Assembly (NCBI GenBank): GCA_964658305.1
Contig: OZ210885.1
Span: forward strand, 16,740,001-16,804,000
Direction: 5' to 3'
DNA length: 64,000 nt
Origin: Leptogorgia sarmentosa
Lineage: Eukaryota
Part shown: positions 10,901 to 25,400 of the stretch, piece after piece
How positions within the stretch are numbered: position 1 is the stretch's first letter
How the letters are laid out: the number at the start of each line of letters is the position of its first letter
Notes under the pieces: model-generated
Database searches by the model: none
The model's input: the letters and a program-made list of their open reading frames with translations, nothing else
Told to the model about the DNA's origin: nothing
Position numbers and translations under genes: made by a program

Positions 10901-13900
10901 AGGTTTGCTTTGAATTTCAACTTCAGGGTTTTGTTATTGTTACACGTTTAAAAAGTGTAACTTCCATCAACAAATGTCTACGACCATACCAGTAGGAAAA
11001 TACCGGTTCTCGTCTGATCACCGAAGTTAAGCCTAGGTGGGCAAAGTTAGTACTTGGATGGGTGACCACCTGGGAATACTTTGTGTTGTAGACTTGCTTC
11101 ATTTTATTGTATGTGTGTTTGTAAATAGGTTTGCTTTCAATTTCACCTTCAGGGTTTTGTTATTGTTACACGTTTAAAAAGTGTAACTTCCATCAACAAA
11201 TGTCTACGACCATACCAGTAGGAAAATACCGGTTCTCGTCTGATCACCGAACTTAAGCCTAGGTGGGAACAGTTAGTACTTGGATGGGTGACCACCTGGG
11301 AATACTTTGTGTTGTAGACTTGCTTCATTTTATTGTATGTGTGTTTGTAAATAGGTTTGCTTTCAATTTCAACTTCAGGGTTTTGTTATTGTTACACATT
11401 TAAAAAGTGTAACTTCCATCAACAAATGTCTACGACCATACCAGTAGGAAAATACCGGTTCTCGTCTGATCACCGAAGTTAAGCCTAGGTGGGCAAAGTT
11501 AGTACTTGGATGGGTGACCACCTGGGAATACTTTGTGTTGTAGACTTGCTTCGTTTTATTGTATGTGTGTTCGTAAATAGGTTTGCTTTCAATGTAAACT
11601 TCAGGGATTTTGTTATTGCTACATCTGGAAATACTTTGTATTGTTGTTTTCCTAAATGTTATTTAATCCCTATTTGTAAATATAATTCCTTTCAATTTCA
11701 ACTTCAGGGTTTTGTTATTGTTACACATTTAAAAAGTGTAACTTGCATCAACAAATGTCTACGACCGTACGAGTAGGAAAATACCGGTTCTCGTCTGATC
11801 ACCGAAGTTAAGCCTAGGTGGGCAAAGTTAGTATTTGCATGGGTGACCACCTGGGAATACTTTGTGTTGTAGACTTACTTCATTTTATTGCATGTGTGTT
11901 TGTAAATAGGTTTGCTTTCAATGTAAACTTCAGGGATTTTGTTATTGCTACATCTGGAAATACTTTGTATTGTTGTTTTGCTAAATGTTATTTAATGCCT
12001 ATTTGTAAATATAATTCCTTTCAACTTCAACTTCAGGGTTTTGTTATTGTTACACGTTTAAAAAGTGTAACTTCCATCAACAAGTGTCTACAACCATACC
12101 AGTAGGAAAATACCGATTCTCGTCTGATCACCGAAGTTAAGCCTAGGTGGGCAAAGTTAGTAGTTGGATGGGTGACCACCTGGGAATACTTTGTGTTGTA
12201 GACTTGCTTCATTTTGTTGTATGTGTGTTTGTAAGTAGGTTTGCTTTCAATTTCAACTTCAGGGTTTTGTTATTGTTACACGTTTAAAAAGTGTAACTTC
12301 CATCAATAAATGTCTACGACCATACCAGTAGGAAAATACCGGTTCTCGTCTGATCACCGAAGTTAGGCCTAGGTGGGAAAAGTTAGTACTTGGATGGGTG
12401 ACCACCTGGGAATACTTTGTGTTGTAGACTTGCTTCATTTTATTGTATGTGTGTTTGTAAATAGGTTTGCTTTCAATTTCAACTTCAGGGATTTTGTTAT
12501 TGCTACATCTGGAAATATTTTGTATTGTTGTTTTGCTAAATGTTATTTAATGCCTATTTGTAAATATAATTCCTTTCAACTTCAACTTCAGGGTTTTATT
12601 ATTGTTACACGTTTAAAAAGTGTAACTTCCATCAACAAGTGTCTACGACCATACCAGTAGGAAAATACCGGTTCTCGTCTGATCACCGAAGTTAAGCCTA
12701 GGTGGGAAAAGTTAGTACGTGGATGGGTGACCACCTGGGAATACTTTGTGTTGTAGACTTGCTTCATTTTATTGTATGTGTGTTTGTAAATAGGTTTGCT
12801 TTCAATTTCAACTTCAGGGTTTTGTTATTAATACACACGTTTAAAAAGTGTAACTTCCATCAACAAATGTCTACAACCATACCAGTAGGAAAATACCGGT
12901 TCTCGTCTGATCACCGAAGTTAGGCCTAGGTGGGAAAAGTTAGTACTTGGATGGGTGACCACCTGGGAATACTTTGTGTTGTAGACTTGCTTCATTTTAT
13001 TGTATGTGTGTTTGTAAATAGGTTTGCTTTCAATTTCAACTTCAGGGTTTTGTTATTGTTACACGTTTAAAAAGTGTAACTTCCATCAACAAATGTCTAC
13101 CACCATACCAGTAGGAAATTACCGGTTCTCGTCTGATCACCGAAGTAAAGCCTAGGTGGGCAAAGTTAGTACTTGGATGGGTGACCACCTGGGAATACTT
13201 TGTGTTGTAGACTTGCTTCATTTTATTGTATGTGTGTTTGTAAGTAGGTTTGCTTTCAATTTCAACTTCAGGGTTTTGTTATTGTTACACGTTTAAAAAG
13301 TGTGAGTTCCATCAACAAATGTCTACGACCATACCAGTAGGAAAATACCGGTTCTCGTCTGATCACCGAAGTTAAGCCTAGGTGGGCAAAGTTAGTACTT
13401 GGATGGGTGACTACCTGGGAATACTTTGTGTTGTAGACTTGCTTCATTTTATTGTATGTGTGTTTGTAAATAGGTTTGCTTTCAATTTCAACTTCAGGGT
13501 TTTGTTATTGTTACACGTTTAAAAAGTGTAACTTCCATCAACAAATGTCTACGACCATACCAGTAGGAAAATACCGGTTCTCGTCTGATCACCGAAGTTA
13601 GGCCTAGGTGGGAAAAGTTAGTACTTGGATGGGTGACCACCTGGGAATACTTTGTGTTGTAGACTTGCTTCATTTTATTGTATGTGTGTTTGTAAATAGG
13701 TTTGCTTTCAATTTCAACTTCAGGGATTTTGTTATTGCTACATCTGGAAATATTTTGTATTGTTGTTTTGCTAAATGTTATTTAATGCCTATTTGTAAAT
13801 ATAATTCCTTTCAACTTCAACTTCAGGGTTTTATTATTGTTACACGTTTAAAAAGTGTAACTTCCATCAACAAGTGTCTACGACCATACCAGTAGGAAAA

Positions 13901-16900
13901 TACCGGTTCTCGTCTGATCACCGAAGTTAAGCCTAGGTGGGAAAAGTTAGTACTTGGATGGGTGACCACCTGGAAATACTTTGTGTTGTAGACTTGCTTC
14001 ATTTTATTGTATGTGTGTTTGTAAATAGGTTTGCTTTCAATTTCAACTTCAGGGTTTTGTTATTGTTACACGTTTAAAAAGTGTAACTTCCATCAACAAA
14101 TGTCTACGACCATACCAGTAGGAAAATACCGGTTCTCGTCTGATCACCGAAGTTAAGCCTAGGTGGGCAAAGTTAGTACTTGGATGGGTGACCACCTGGG
14201 AATACTTTGTGTTGTAGACTTGCTTCATTTTATTGTATGTGTGTTTGTAAATAGGTTTGCTTTCAATATAAACTTCAGGGATTTTGTTATTGCTACATCT
14301 GGAAATACTTTGTATTGTTGTTTTGCTAAATTTTATTTAATGCCTATTTGTAAATATAATTCCTTTCAATTTCAACTTCAGGGTTTTGTTATTAATACAC
14401 ACGTTTAAAAAGTGTAACTTCCATCAACAAATGTCTACAACCATACCAGTAGGAAAATACCGGTTCTCGTCTGATCACCGAAGTTAGGCCTAGGTGGGAA
14501 AAGTTAGTACTTGGATGGGTGACCACCTGGGAATACTTTGTGTTGTAGACTTGCTTCATTTTATTGTATGTGTGTTTGTAAATAGGTTTGCTTTCAATTT
14601 CAACTTCAGGGTTTTGTTATTGTTACACGTTTAAAAAGTGTAACTTCCATCAACAAATGTCTACCACCATACCAGTAGGAAAATACCGGTTCTCGTCTGA
14701 TCACCGAAGTAAAGCCTAGGTGGGCAAAGTTAGTACTTGGATGGGTGACCACCTGGGAATACTTTGTGTTGTAGACTTGCTTCATTTTATTGTATGTGTG
14801 TTTGTAAGTAGGTTTGCTTTCAATTTCAACTTCAGGGTTTTGTTATTGTCACACGTTTAAAAAGTGTAAGTTCCATCAACAAATGTCTACGACCATACCA
14901 GTAGGAAAATACCGGTTCTCGTCTGATCACCGAAGTTAAGCCTAGGTGGGCAAAGTTAGTACTTGGATGGGTGACTACCTGGGAATACTTTGTGTTGTAG
15001 ACTTGCTTCATTTTATTGTATGTGTGTTTGTAAATAGGTTTGCTTTCAATTTCAACTTCAGGGTTTTGTTATTGTTACACGTTTAAAAAGTGTAACTTCC
15101 ATCAACAAATGTCTACGACCATACCAGTAGGAAAATACCGGTTCTCGTCTGATCACCGAAGTTAAGCCTAGGTGGGCAAAGTTAGTACTTGGATGGGTGA
15201 CCACCTGGGAATACTTTGTGTTGTAGACTTGCTTCATTTTATTGTATGTGTGTTTGTAAATAGGTTTGCTTTCAATATAAACTTCAGGGATTTTGTTATT
15301 GCTACATCTGGAAATACTTTGTATTGTTGTTTTGCTAAATTTTATTTAATGCCTATTTGTAAATATAATTCCTTTCAATTTCAACTTCAGGGTTTTGTTA
15401 TTGTTACACGTTTAAAAAGTGTAACTTCCATCAACAAATGTCTACGACCATACCAGTAGGAAAATACCGGTTCTCGTCTGATCACCGAAGTTAAGCCTAG
15501 GTGGGCAAAGTTAGTACTTGGATGGGTGACTACCTGGGAATACTTTGTGTTGTAGACTTGCTTCATTTTATTGTATGTGTGTTTGTAAATAGGTTTGCTT
15601 TCAATTTCAACTTCAGGGTTTTGTTATTGTTACACGTTTAAAAAGTGTAACTTCCATCAACAAATGTCTACAACCATACCAGTAGGAAAATACCGGTTCT
15701 CGTCTGATCACCGAAGTTAGGCCTAGGTGGGAAAAGTTAGTACTTGGATGGGTGACCACCTGGGAATACTTTGTGTTGTAGACTTGCTTCATTTTATTGT
15801 ATGTGTGTTTGTAAATAGGTTTGCTTTCAATTTCAACTTCAGGGTTTTGTTATTGTTACACGTTTAAAAAGTGTAACTTCCATCAACAAATGTCTACCAC
15901 CATACCAGTAGGAAAATACCGGTTCTCGTCTGATCACCAAAGTTAAGCCTAGGTGGGCAAAGTTAGTACTTGGATGGGTGACTACCTGGGAATACTTTGT
16001 GTTGTAGACTTGCTTCATTTTATTGTATGTGTGTTTGTAAATAGGTTTGCTTTCAATTTCAACTTCAGGGTTTTGTTATTGTTACACGTTTAAAAAGTGT
16101 AACTTCCATCAACAAATGTCTACAACCATACCAGTAGGAAAATACCGGTTCTCGTCTGATCACCGAAGTTAGGCCTAGGTGGGAAAAGTTAGTACTTGGA
16201 TGGGTGACCACCTGGGAATACTTTGTGTTGTAGACTTGCTTCATTTTATTGTATGTGTGTTTGTAAATAGGTTTGCTTTCAATTTCAACTTCAGGGTTTT
16301 GTTATTGTTACACGTTTAAAAAGTGTAACTTCCATCAACAAATGTCTACGACCATACCGGTAGGAAAATACCGGTTCTCGTCTGATCACCGAAGTTAGGC
16401 CTAGGTGGGAAAAGTTTGTACTTGGATGGGTGACCACCTGGGAATACTTTGTGTTGTAGACTTGCTTCATTTTATTGTATGTGTGTTTGTAAATAGGTTT
16501 GCTTTCAATTTCAACTTCAGGGTTTTGTTATTGTTACACGTTTAAAAAGTGTAACTTCCATCAACAAATGTCTACGACCATACCAGTAGGAAAATACCGG
16601 TTCTCGTCTGATCACCGAAGTTAAGCCTAGGTGGGCAAAGTTAGTACTTGGATGGGTGACCACCTGGGAATACTTTGTGTTGTAGACTTGCTTCATTTTA
16701 TTGTATGTGTGTTTGTAAATAGGTTTGCTTTCAATTTCACCTTCAGGGTTTTGTTATTGTTACACGTTTAAAAAGTGTAACTTCCATCAACAAATGTCTA
16801 CGACCATACCAGTAGGAAAATACCGGTTCTCGTCTGATCACCGAACTTAAGCCTAGGTGGGAACAGTTAGTACTTGGATGGGTGACCACCTGGGAATACT

Positions 16901-18400
16901 TTGTGTTGTAGACTTGCTTCATTTTATTGTATGTGTGTTTGTAAATAGGTTTGCTTTCAATTTCAACTTCAGGGTTTTGTTATTGTTACACATTTAAAAA
17001 GTGTAACTTCCATCAACAAATGTCTACGACCATACCAGTAGGAAAATACCGGTTCTCGTCTGATCACCGAAGTTAAGCCTAGGTGGGCAAAGTTAGTACT
17101 TGGATGGGTGACCACCTGGGAATACTTTGTGTTGTAGACTTGCTTCGTTTTATTGTATGTGTGTTCGTAAATAGGTTTGCTTTCAATGTAAACTTCAGGG
17201 ATTTTGTTATTGCTACATCTGGAAATACTTTGTATTGTTGTTTTCCTAAATGTTATTTAATCCCTATTTGTAAATATAATTCCTTTCAATTTCAACTTCA
17301 GGGTTTTGTTATTGTTACACATTTAAAAAGTGTAACTTGCATCAACAAATGTCTACGACCGTACGAGTAGGAAAATACCGGTTCTCGTCTGATCACCGAA
17401 GTTAAGCCTAGGTGGGCAAAGTTAGTATTTGCATGGGTGACCACCTGGGAATACTTTGTGTTGTAGACTTACTTCATTTTATTGCATGTGTGTTTGTAAA
17501 TAGGTTTGCTTTCAATGTAAACTTCAGGGATTTTGTTATTGCTACATCTGGAAATACTTTGTATTGTTGTTTTGCTAAATGTTATTTAATGCCTATTTGT
17601 AAATATAATTCCTTTCAACTTCAACTTCAGGGTTTTGTTATTGTTACACGTTTAAAAAGTGTAACTTCCATCAACAAGTGTCTACAACCATACCAGTAGG
17701 AAAATACCGATTCTCGTCTGATCACCGAAGTTAAGCCTAGGTGGGCAAAGTTAGTAGTTGGATGGGTGACCACCTGGGAATACTTTGTGTTGTAGACTTG
17801 CTTCATTTTGTTGTATGTGTGTTTGTAAGTAGGTTTGCTTTCAATTTCAACTTCAGGGTTTTGTTATTGTTACACGTTTAAAAAGTGTAACTTCCATCAA
17901 TAAATGTCTACGACCATACCAGTAGGAAAATACCGGTTCTCGTCTGATCACCGAAGTTAGGCCTAGGTGGGAAAAGTTAGTACTTGGATGGGTGACCACC
18001 TGGGAATACTTTGTGTTGTAGACTTGCTTCATTTTATTGTATGTGTGTTTGTAAATAGGTTTGCTTTCAATTTCAACTTCAGGGATTTTGTTATTGCTAC
18101 ATCTGGAAATATTTTGTATTGTTGTTTTGCTAAATGTTATTTAATGCCTATTTGTAAATATAATTCCTTTCAACTTCAACTTCAGGGTTTTATTATTGTT
18201 ACACGTTTAAAAAGTGTAACTTCCATCAACAAGTGTCTACGACCATACCAGTAGGAAAATACCGGTTCTCGTCTGATCACCGAAGTTAAGCCTAGGTGGG
18301 AAAAGTTAGTACTTGGATGGGTGACCACCTGGGAATACTTTGTGTTGTAGACTTGCTTCATTTTATTGTATGTGTGTTTGTAAATAGGTTTGCTTTCAAT
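7953..18400 (+). repeat. Higher-order repeat, period 5594 bp (nearly two copies; boundaries approximate)
   Basis: Diagnostic units recur at a constant offset: 8014/13608, 8569/14163, 9578/15172, 11489/17083, 11818/17412, 12373/17967. Confidence 0.85.
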
Positions 18401-21400
18401 TTCAACTTCAGGGTTTTGTTATTGTTACATCTGGAAATACTTTGTATTGTTGTTTTGCTAAATGTTATTTAATCCCTATTTGTAAATATAATTCCTTTCA
18501 ATTTCAACTTCAGGGTTTTGTTATTGTTACACGTTTAAAAAGTGTAACTTCCATCAACAAGTGTCTACGACCATACCAGTAGGAAAATACCGGTTCTCGT
18601 CTGATCACCAAAGTTAAGCCTAGGTAGGTAAAGTTAGTAGTTGGATGGGTGACCACCTGGGAATACTTTGCGTTGTAGACTTGCTTCATTTTATTGTATG
18701 TGTGTTTGTAAATAGGTTTGCTTTCAATTTCAACTTCAGGGTTTTGTTATTGTTACACGTTTAAAAAGTGTAACTTCCATCAACAAATGTCTACAACCAT
18801 ACCAGTAGGAAAATACCGGTTCTCGTCTGATCACCGAAGTTAGGCCTAGGTGGGAAAAGTTAGTACTTGGATGGGTGACCACCTGGGAATACTTTGTGTT
18901 GTAGACTTGCTTCATTTTATTGTATGTGTGTTTGTAAATAGGTTTGCTTTCAATTTCAACTTCAGGGTTTTGTTATTGTTACACGTTTAAAAAGTGTAAC
19001 TTCCATCAACAAATGTCTACGACCATACCAGTAGGAAAATACCGGTTCTCGTCTGATCACCGAAGTTAGGCCTAGGTGGGAAAAGTTTGTACTTGGATGG
19101 GTGACCACCTGGGAATACTTTGTGTTGTAGACTTGCTTCATTTTATTGTATGTGTGTTAGTAAATAGGTTTGCTTTCAATTTCAACTTCAGGGTTTTGTT
19201 ATTGTTACACGTTTAAAAAGTGTAACTTCCATCAACAAATGTCTACGACCATACCAGTAGGAAAATACCGGTTCTCGTCTGATCACCGAAGTTAAGCCTA
19301 GGTGGGCAAAGTTAGTACTTGGATGGGTGACTACCTGGGAATACTTTGTGTTGTAGACTTGCTTCATTTTATTGTTTGTGTGTTTGTAAATAGGTTTGCT
19401 TTCAATTTCAACTTCAGGGTTTTGTTATTGTTACACGTTTAAAAATTGTAACTTCCATCAACAAATGTCTACGACCATACCAGTAGGAAAATACCGGTTC
19501 TCGTCTGATCACCGAAGTTAAGCCTAGGTGGGAAAAGTTAGTACTTGGATGGGTGACCACCTGGGAATACTTTGTGTTGTAGACTTGATTGATTTTATTG
19601 TATGTGTGTTTGTAAATAGGTTTGCTTTCAATTTCAACTTCAGGGTTTTGTTATTGTTACACGTTTAAAAAGTGTAACTTCCATCAACAAATGTCTACGA
19701 CCATACCAGTAGGAAAATACCGGTTATCGTCTGATCACCGAAGTTAAGCCTAGGTGGGCAAAGTTAGTACTTGGATGGGTGACCACCTGGGAATACTTTG
19801 TGTTGTAGACTTGCTTCATTTTGTTGTATGTGTGTTTGTAAGTAGGTTTGCTTTCAATTTCATCTTCAGGGTTTTGTTATTGTTACACGTTTAAAAAGTG
19901 TAACTTCCATCAACAAATGTCTACGACCATACCAGTAGGAAAATACCGGTTCTCGTCTGATCACCGAAGTTAAGCCTAGGTGGGCAAAGTTAGTACTTGG
20001 ATGGGTGACTACCTGGGAATACTTTGTGTTGTAGACTTGCTTCATTTTATTGTATGTGTGTTTGTAAATAGGTTTGCTTTCAATTTCAACTTCAGGGTTT
20101 TGTTATTAATACACACGTTTAAAAAGTGTAACTTCCATCAACAAATGTCTACAACCATACCAGTAGGAAAATACCGGTTCTCGTCTGATCACCGAAGTTA
20201 GGCCTAGGTGGGAAAAGTTAGTACTTGGATGGGTGACCACCTGGGAATACTTTGTGTTGTAGACTTGCTTCATTTTATTGTATGTGTGTTTGTAAATAGG
20301 TTTGCTTTCAATTTCAACTTCAGGGTTTTGTTATTGTTACACGTTTAAAAAGTGTAACTTCCATCAACAAATGTCTACCACCATACCAGTAGGAAAATAA
20401 CGGTTCTCGTCTGATCACCGAAGTAAAGCCTAGGTGGGCAAAGTTAGTACTTGGATGGGTGACCACCTGGGAATACTTTGTGTTGTAGACTTGCTTCATT
20501 TTATTGTATGTGTGTTTGTAAGTAGGTTTGCTTTCAATTTCAACTTCAGGGTTTTGTTATTGTTACACGTTTAAAAAGTGTAAGTTCCATCAACAAATGT
20601 CTACGACCATACCAGTAGGAAAATACCGGTTCTCGTCTGATCACCGAAGTTAAGCCTAGGTGGGCAAAGTTAGTACTTGGATGGGTGACTACCTGGGAAT
20701 ACTTTGTGTTGTAGACTTGCTTCATTTTATTGTATGTGTGTTTGTAAATAAGTTTGCTTTCAATTTCAACTTCAGGGTTTTGTTATTGTTACACGTTTAA
20801 AAAGTGTAACTTCCATCAACAAATGTCTACGACCATACCAGTAGGAAAATACCGGTTTTCGTCTGATCACCGAAGTTAGGCCTAGGTGGGAAAAGTTAGT
20901 ACTTGGATGGGTGACCACCTGGGAATACTTTGTGTTGTAGACTTGCTTCATTTTATTGTATGTGTGTTTGTAAATAGGTTTGCTTTCAATTTCAACTTCA
21001 GGGATTTTGTTATTGCTACATCTGGAAATATTTTGTATTGTTGTTTTGCTAAATGTTATTTAATGCCTATTTGTAAATATAATTCCTTTCAACTTCAACT
21101 TCAGGGTTTTGTTATTGTTACACGTTTAAAAAGTGTAACTTCCATCAACAAATGTCTACGACCATACCAGTAGGAAAATACCGGTTCTCGTCTGATCACC
21201 GAAGTTAGGCCTAGGTGGGAAAAGTTTGTACTTGGATGGGTGACCACCTGGGAATACTTTGTGTTGTAGACTTGCTTCATTTTATTGTATGTGTGTTTGT
21301 AAATAGGTTTGCTTTCAATTTCAACTTCAGGGTTTTGTTATTGTTACACGTTTAAAAAGTGTAACTTCCATCAACAAATGTCTACGACCATACCAGTAGG

Positions 21401-22489
21401 AAAATACCGGTTCTCGTCTGATCACCGAAGTTAAGCCTAGGTGGGCAAAGTTAGTACTTGGATGGGTGACCACCTGGGAATACTTTGTGTTGTGGACTTG
21501 CTTCATTTTATTGTATGTGTGTTTGTAAATAGGTTTGCTTTCAATTTCACCTTCAGGGTTTTGTTATTGTTACACGTTTAAAAAGTGTAACTTCCATCAA
21601 CAAATGTCTACGACCATACCAGTAGGAAAATACCGGTTCTCGTCTGATCACCGAAGTTAAGCCTAGGTGGGCAAAGTTAGTACTTGGATGGGTGACCACC
21701 TGGGAATACTTTGTGTTGTAGACTTGCTTCGTTTTATTGTATGTGTGTTCGTAAATAGGTTTGCTTTCAATGTAAACTTCAGGGATTTTGTTATTGCTAC
21801 ATCTGGAAATACTTTGTATTGTTGTTTTCCTAAATGTTATTTAATCCCTATTTGTAAATATAATTCCTTTCAATTTCAACTTCAGGGTTTTGTTATTGTT
21901 ACACATTTAAAAAGTGTAACTTGCATCAACAAATGTCTACGACCGTACGAGTAGGAAAATACCGGTTCTCGTCTGATCACCGAAGTTAAGCCTAGGTGGG
22001 CAAAGTTAGTATTTGCATGGGTGACCACCTGGGAATACTTTGTGTTGTAGACTTACTTCATTTTATTGCATGTGTGTTTGTAAATAGGTTTGCTTTCAAT
22101 GTAAACTTCAGGGATTTTGTTATTGCTACATCTGGAAATACTTTGTATTGTTGTTTTGCTAAATGTTATTTAATGCCTATTTGTAAATATAATTCCTTTC
22201 AACTTCAACTTCAGGGTTTTGTTATTGTTACACGTTTAAAAAGTGTAACTTCCATCAACAAGTGTCTACAACCATACCAGTAGGAAAATACCGATTCTCG
22301 TCTGATCACCGAAGTTAAGCCTAGGTGGGCAAAGTTAGTAGTTGGATGGGTGACCACCTGGGAATACTTTGTGTTGTAGACTTGCTTCATTTTGTTGTAT
22401 GTGTGTTTGTAAGTAGGTTTGCTTTCAATTTCAACTTCAGGGTTTTGTTATTGTTACACGTTTAAAAAGTGTAACTTCCATCAATAAAT

Positions 22490-25400
22490 GTCTACGACCA
22501 TACCAGTAGGAAAATACCGGTTCTCGTCTGATCACCGAAGTTAGGCCTAGGTGGGAAAAGTTAGTACTTGGATGGGTGACCACCTGGGAATACTTTGTGT
22601 TGTAGACTTGCTTCATTTTATTGTATGTGTGTTTGTAAATAGGTTTGCTTTCAATTTCAACTTCAGGGATTTTGTTATTGCTACATCTGGAAATATTTTG
22701 TATTGTTGTTTTGCTAAATGTTATTTAATGCCTATTTGTAAATATAATTCCTTTCAACTTCAACTTCAGGGTTTTATTATTGTTACACGTTTAAAAAGTG
22801 TAACTTCCATCAACAAGTGTCTACGACCATACCAGTAGGAAAATACCGGTTCTCGTCTGATCACCGAAGTTAAGCCTAGGTGGGAAAAGTTAGTACTTGG
22901 ATGGGTGACCACCTGGGAATACTTTGTGTTGTAGACTTGCTTCATTTTATTGTATGTGTGTTTGTAAATAGGTTTGCTTTCAATTTCAACTTCAGGGTTT
23001 TGTTATTGTTACACGTTTAAAAAGTGTAACTTCCATCAACAAATGTCTACGACCATACCAGTAGGAAAATACCGGTTCTCGTCTGATCACCGAAGTTAAG
23101 CCTAGGTGGGCAAAGTTAGTACTTGGATGGGTGACCACCTGGGAATACTTTGTGTTGTAGACTTGCTTCATTTTATTGTATGTGTGTTTGTAAATAGGTT
23201 TGCTTTCAATGTAAACTTCAGGGATTTTGTTATTGCTACATCTGGAAATACTTTGTATTGTTGTTTTCCTAAATGTTATTTAATGCCTATTTGTAAATAT
23301 AATTCCTTTCAATTTCAACTTCAGGGTTTTGTTATTGTTACACATTTAAAAAGTGTAACTTGCATCAACAAATGTCTACGACCGTACGAGTAGGAAAATA
23401 CCGGTTCTCGTCTGATCACCGAAGTTAAGCCTAGGTGGGCAAAGTTAGTACTTGGATGGGTGACTACCTGCGAATACTTTGTGTTGTAGACTTGCTTCAT
23501 TTTATTGTATGTGTGTTTGTAAATATAATTCCTTTCAATCTCAACTTCAGGGTTTTGTTATTGTTACACGTTTAAAAAGTGTAACTTCCATCAATAAATG
23601 TCTACGACCATACCACTAGGAAAATACCGGTTCTCGTCTGATCACCGAAGTTAAGCGTAGGTGGGAAAAGTTAGTACTTGGATGGGTGACCACCTGGGAA
23701 TACTTTGTGTTGTAGATTTGCTTCATTTTATTGTATGTGTGTTTTTAAATAGGTTTGCTTTCAATTTCAACTTCAGGGTTTTGTTATTGTTACACGTTTA
23801 AAAAGTGTAACTTCCATCAACAAATGTCTACGACCATACCAGTAGGAAAATACCGGTTCCCGTCTGATCACTGAAGTTAGGCCTAGGTAGGCAAAGTTAG
23901 TACTTGGATGGGTGACCACCTGGGAATACTTTGTGTTGTAGACTTGCTTCATTTTATTGTATGTGTGTTTGTAAATAGGTTTGCTTTCAATGTAAACTTC
24001 AGGGATTTTGTTATTGCTACATCTGGAAATACTTTGTATTGTTGTTTTGCCAAATGTTATTTAATCCCTATTTGTAAATATAATTCCTTTCAATTTCAAC
24101 TTCAGGGTTCTGTTATTGTTACACGTTTAAAAAGTGTAACTTCCATCAACAAATGCCTACGACCGTACGAGTAGGAAAATACCGGTTCTCGTCTGATCAC
24201 CGAAGTTAAGCCTAGGTGGGTAAAGTTAGCAGTTGGATGGGTGACCACCTGGGAATACTTTGCGTTGTAGACTTGCTTCATTTTGTTGTATGTGTGTTTG
24301 TAAGTAGGTTTGCTTTCAATTTCAACTTCAGGGTTTTGTTATTGTTACACGTTTAAAAAGTGTAACTTCCATCAACAAATGTCTACGACCATACCAGTAG
24401 GAAAATACCGGTTCTCGTCTGATCACCGAAGTTAAGCCTAGGTGGGCAAAGTTAGTACTTGGATGGGTGACTACCTGGGAATACTTTGTGTTGTAGACTT
24501 GCTTCATTTTATTGTTTGTGTGTTTGTAAATAGGTTTGCTTTCAATTTCAACTTCAGGGTTTTGTTATTGTTACACGTTTAAAAAGTGTAACTTCCATCA
24601 ACAAATGTCTACGACCATACCAGTAGGAAAATACCGGTTCTCGTCTGATCACCGAAGTTAAGCCTAGGTGGGCAAAGTTAGTACTTGGATGGGTGACCAC
24701 CTGGGAATACTTTGTGTTGTAGACTTGCTTCATTTTGTTGTATGTGTGTTTGTAAGTAGGTTTGCTTTCAATTTCAACTTCAGGGTTTTGTTATTGTTAC
24801 ACGTTTAATAAGTGTAACTTCCATCAACAAATGTCTACGACCATACCAGTAGGAAAATACCGGTTCTCGTCTGATCACCGAAGTTAAGCCTAGGTGGGCA
24901 AAGTTAGTACTTGGATGGGTGACTACCTGGGAATACTTTGTGTTGTAGACTTGCTTCATTTTATTGTATGTGTGTTTGTAAATAGGTTTGCTTTCAATTT
25001 CAACTTCAGGGTTTTGTTATTAATACACACGTTTAAAAAGTGTAACTTCCATCAACAAATGTCTACAACCATACCAGTAGGAAAATACCGGTTCTCGTCT
25101 GATCACCGAAGTTAGGCCTAGGTGGGAAAAGTTAGTACTTGGATGGGTGACCACCTGGGAATACTTTGTGTTGTAGACTTGCTTCATTTTATTGTATGTG
25201 TGTTTGTAAATAGGTTTGCTTTCAATTTCAACTTCAGGGATTTTGTTATTGCTACATCTGGAAATACTTTGTATTGTTGTTTTGCTAAATGTTATTTAAT
25301 GCCTATTTGTAAATATAATTCCTTTCAACTTCAACTTCAGGGTTTTGTTATTGTTACACGTTTAAAAAGTGTAACTTCCATCAACAAGTGTCTACAACCA

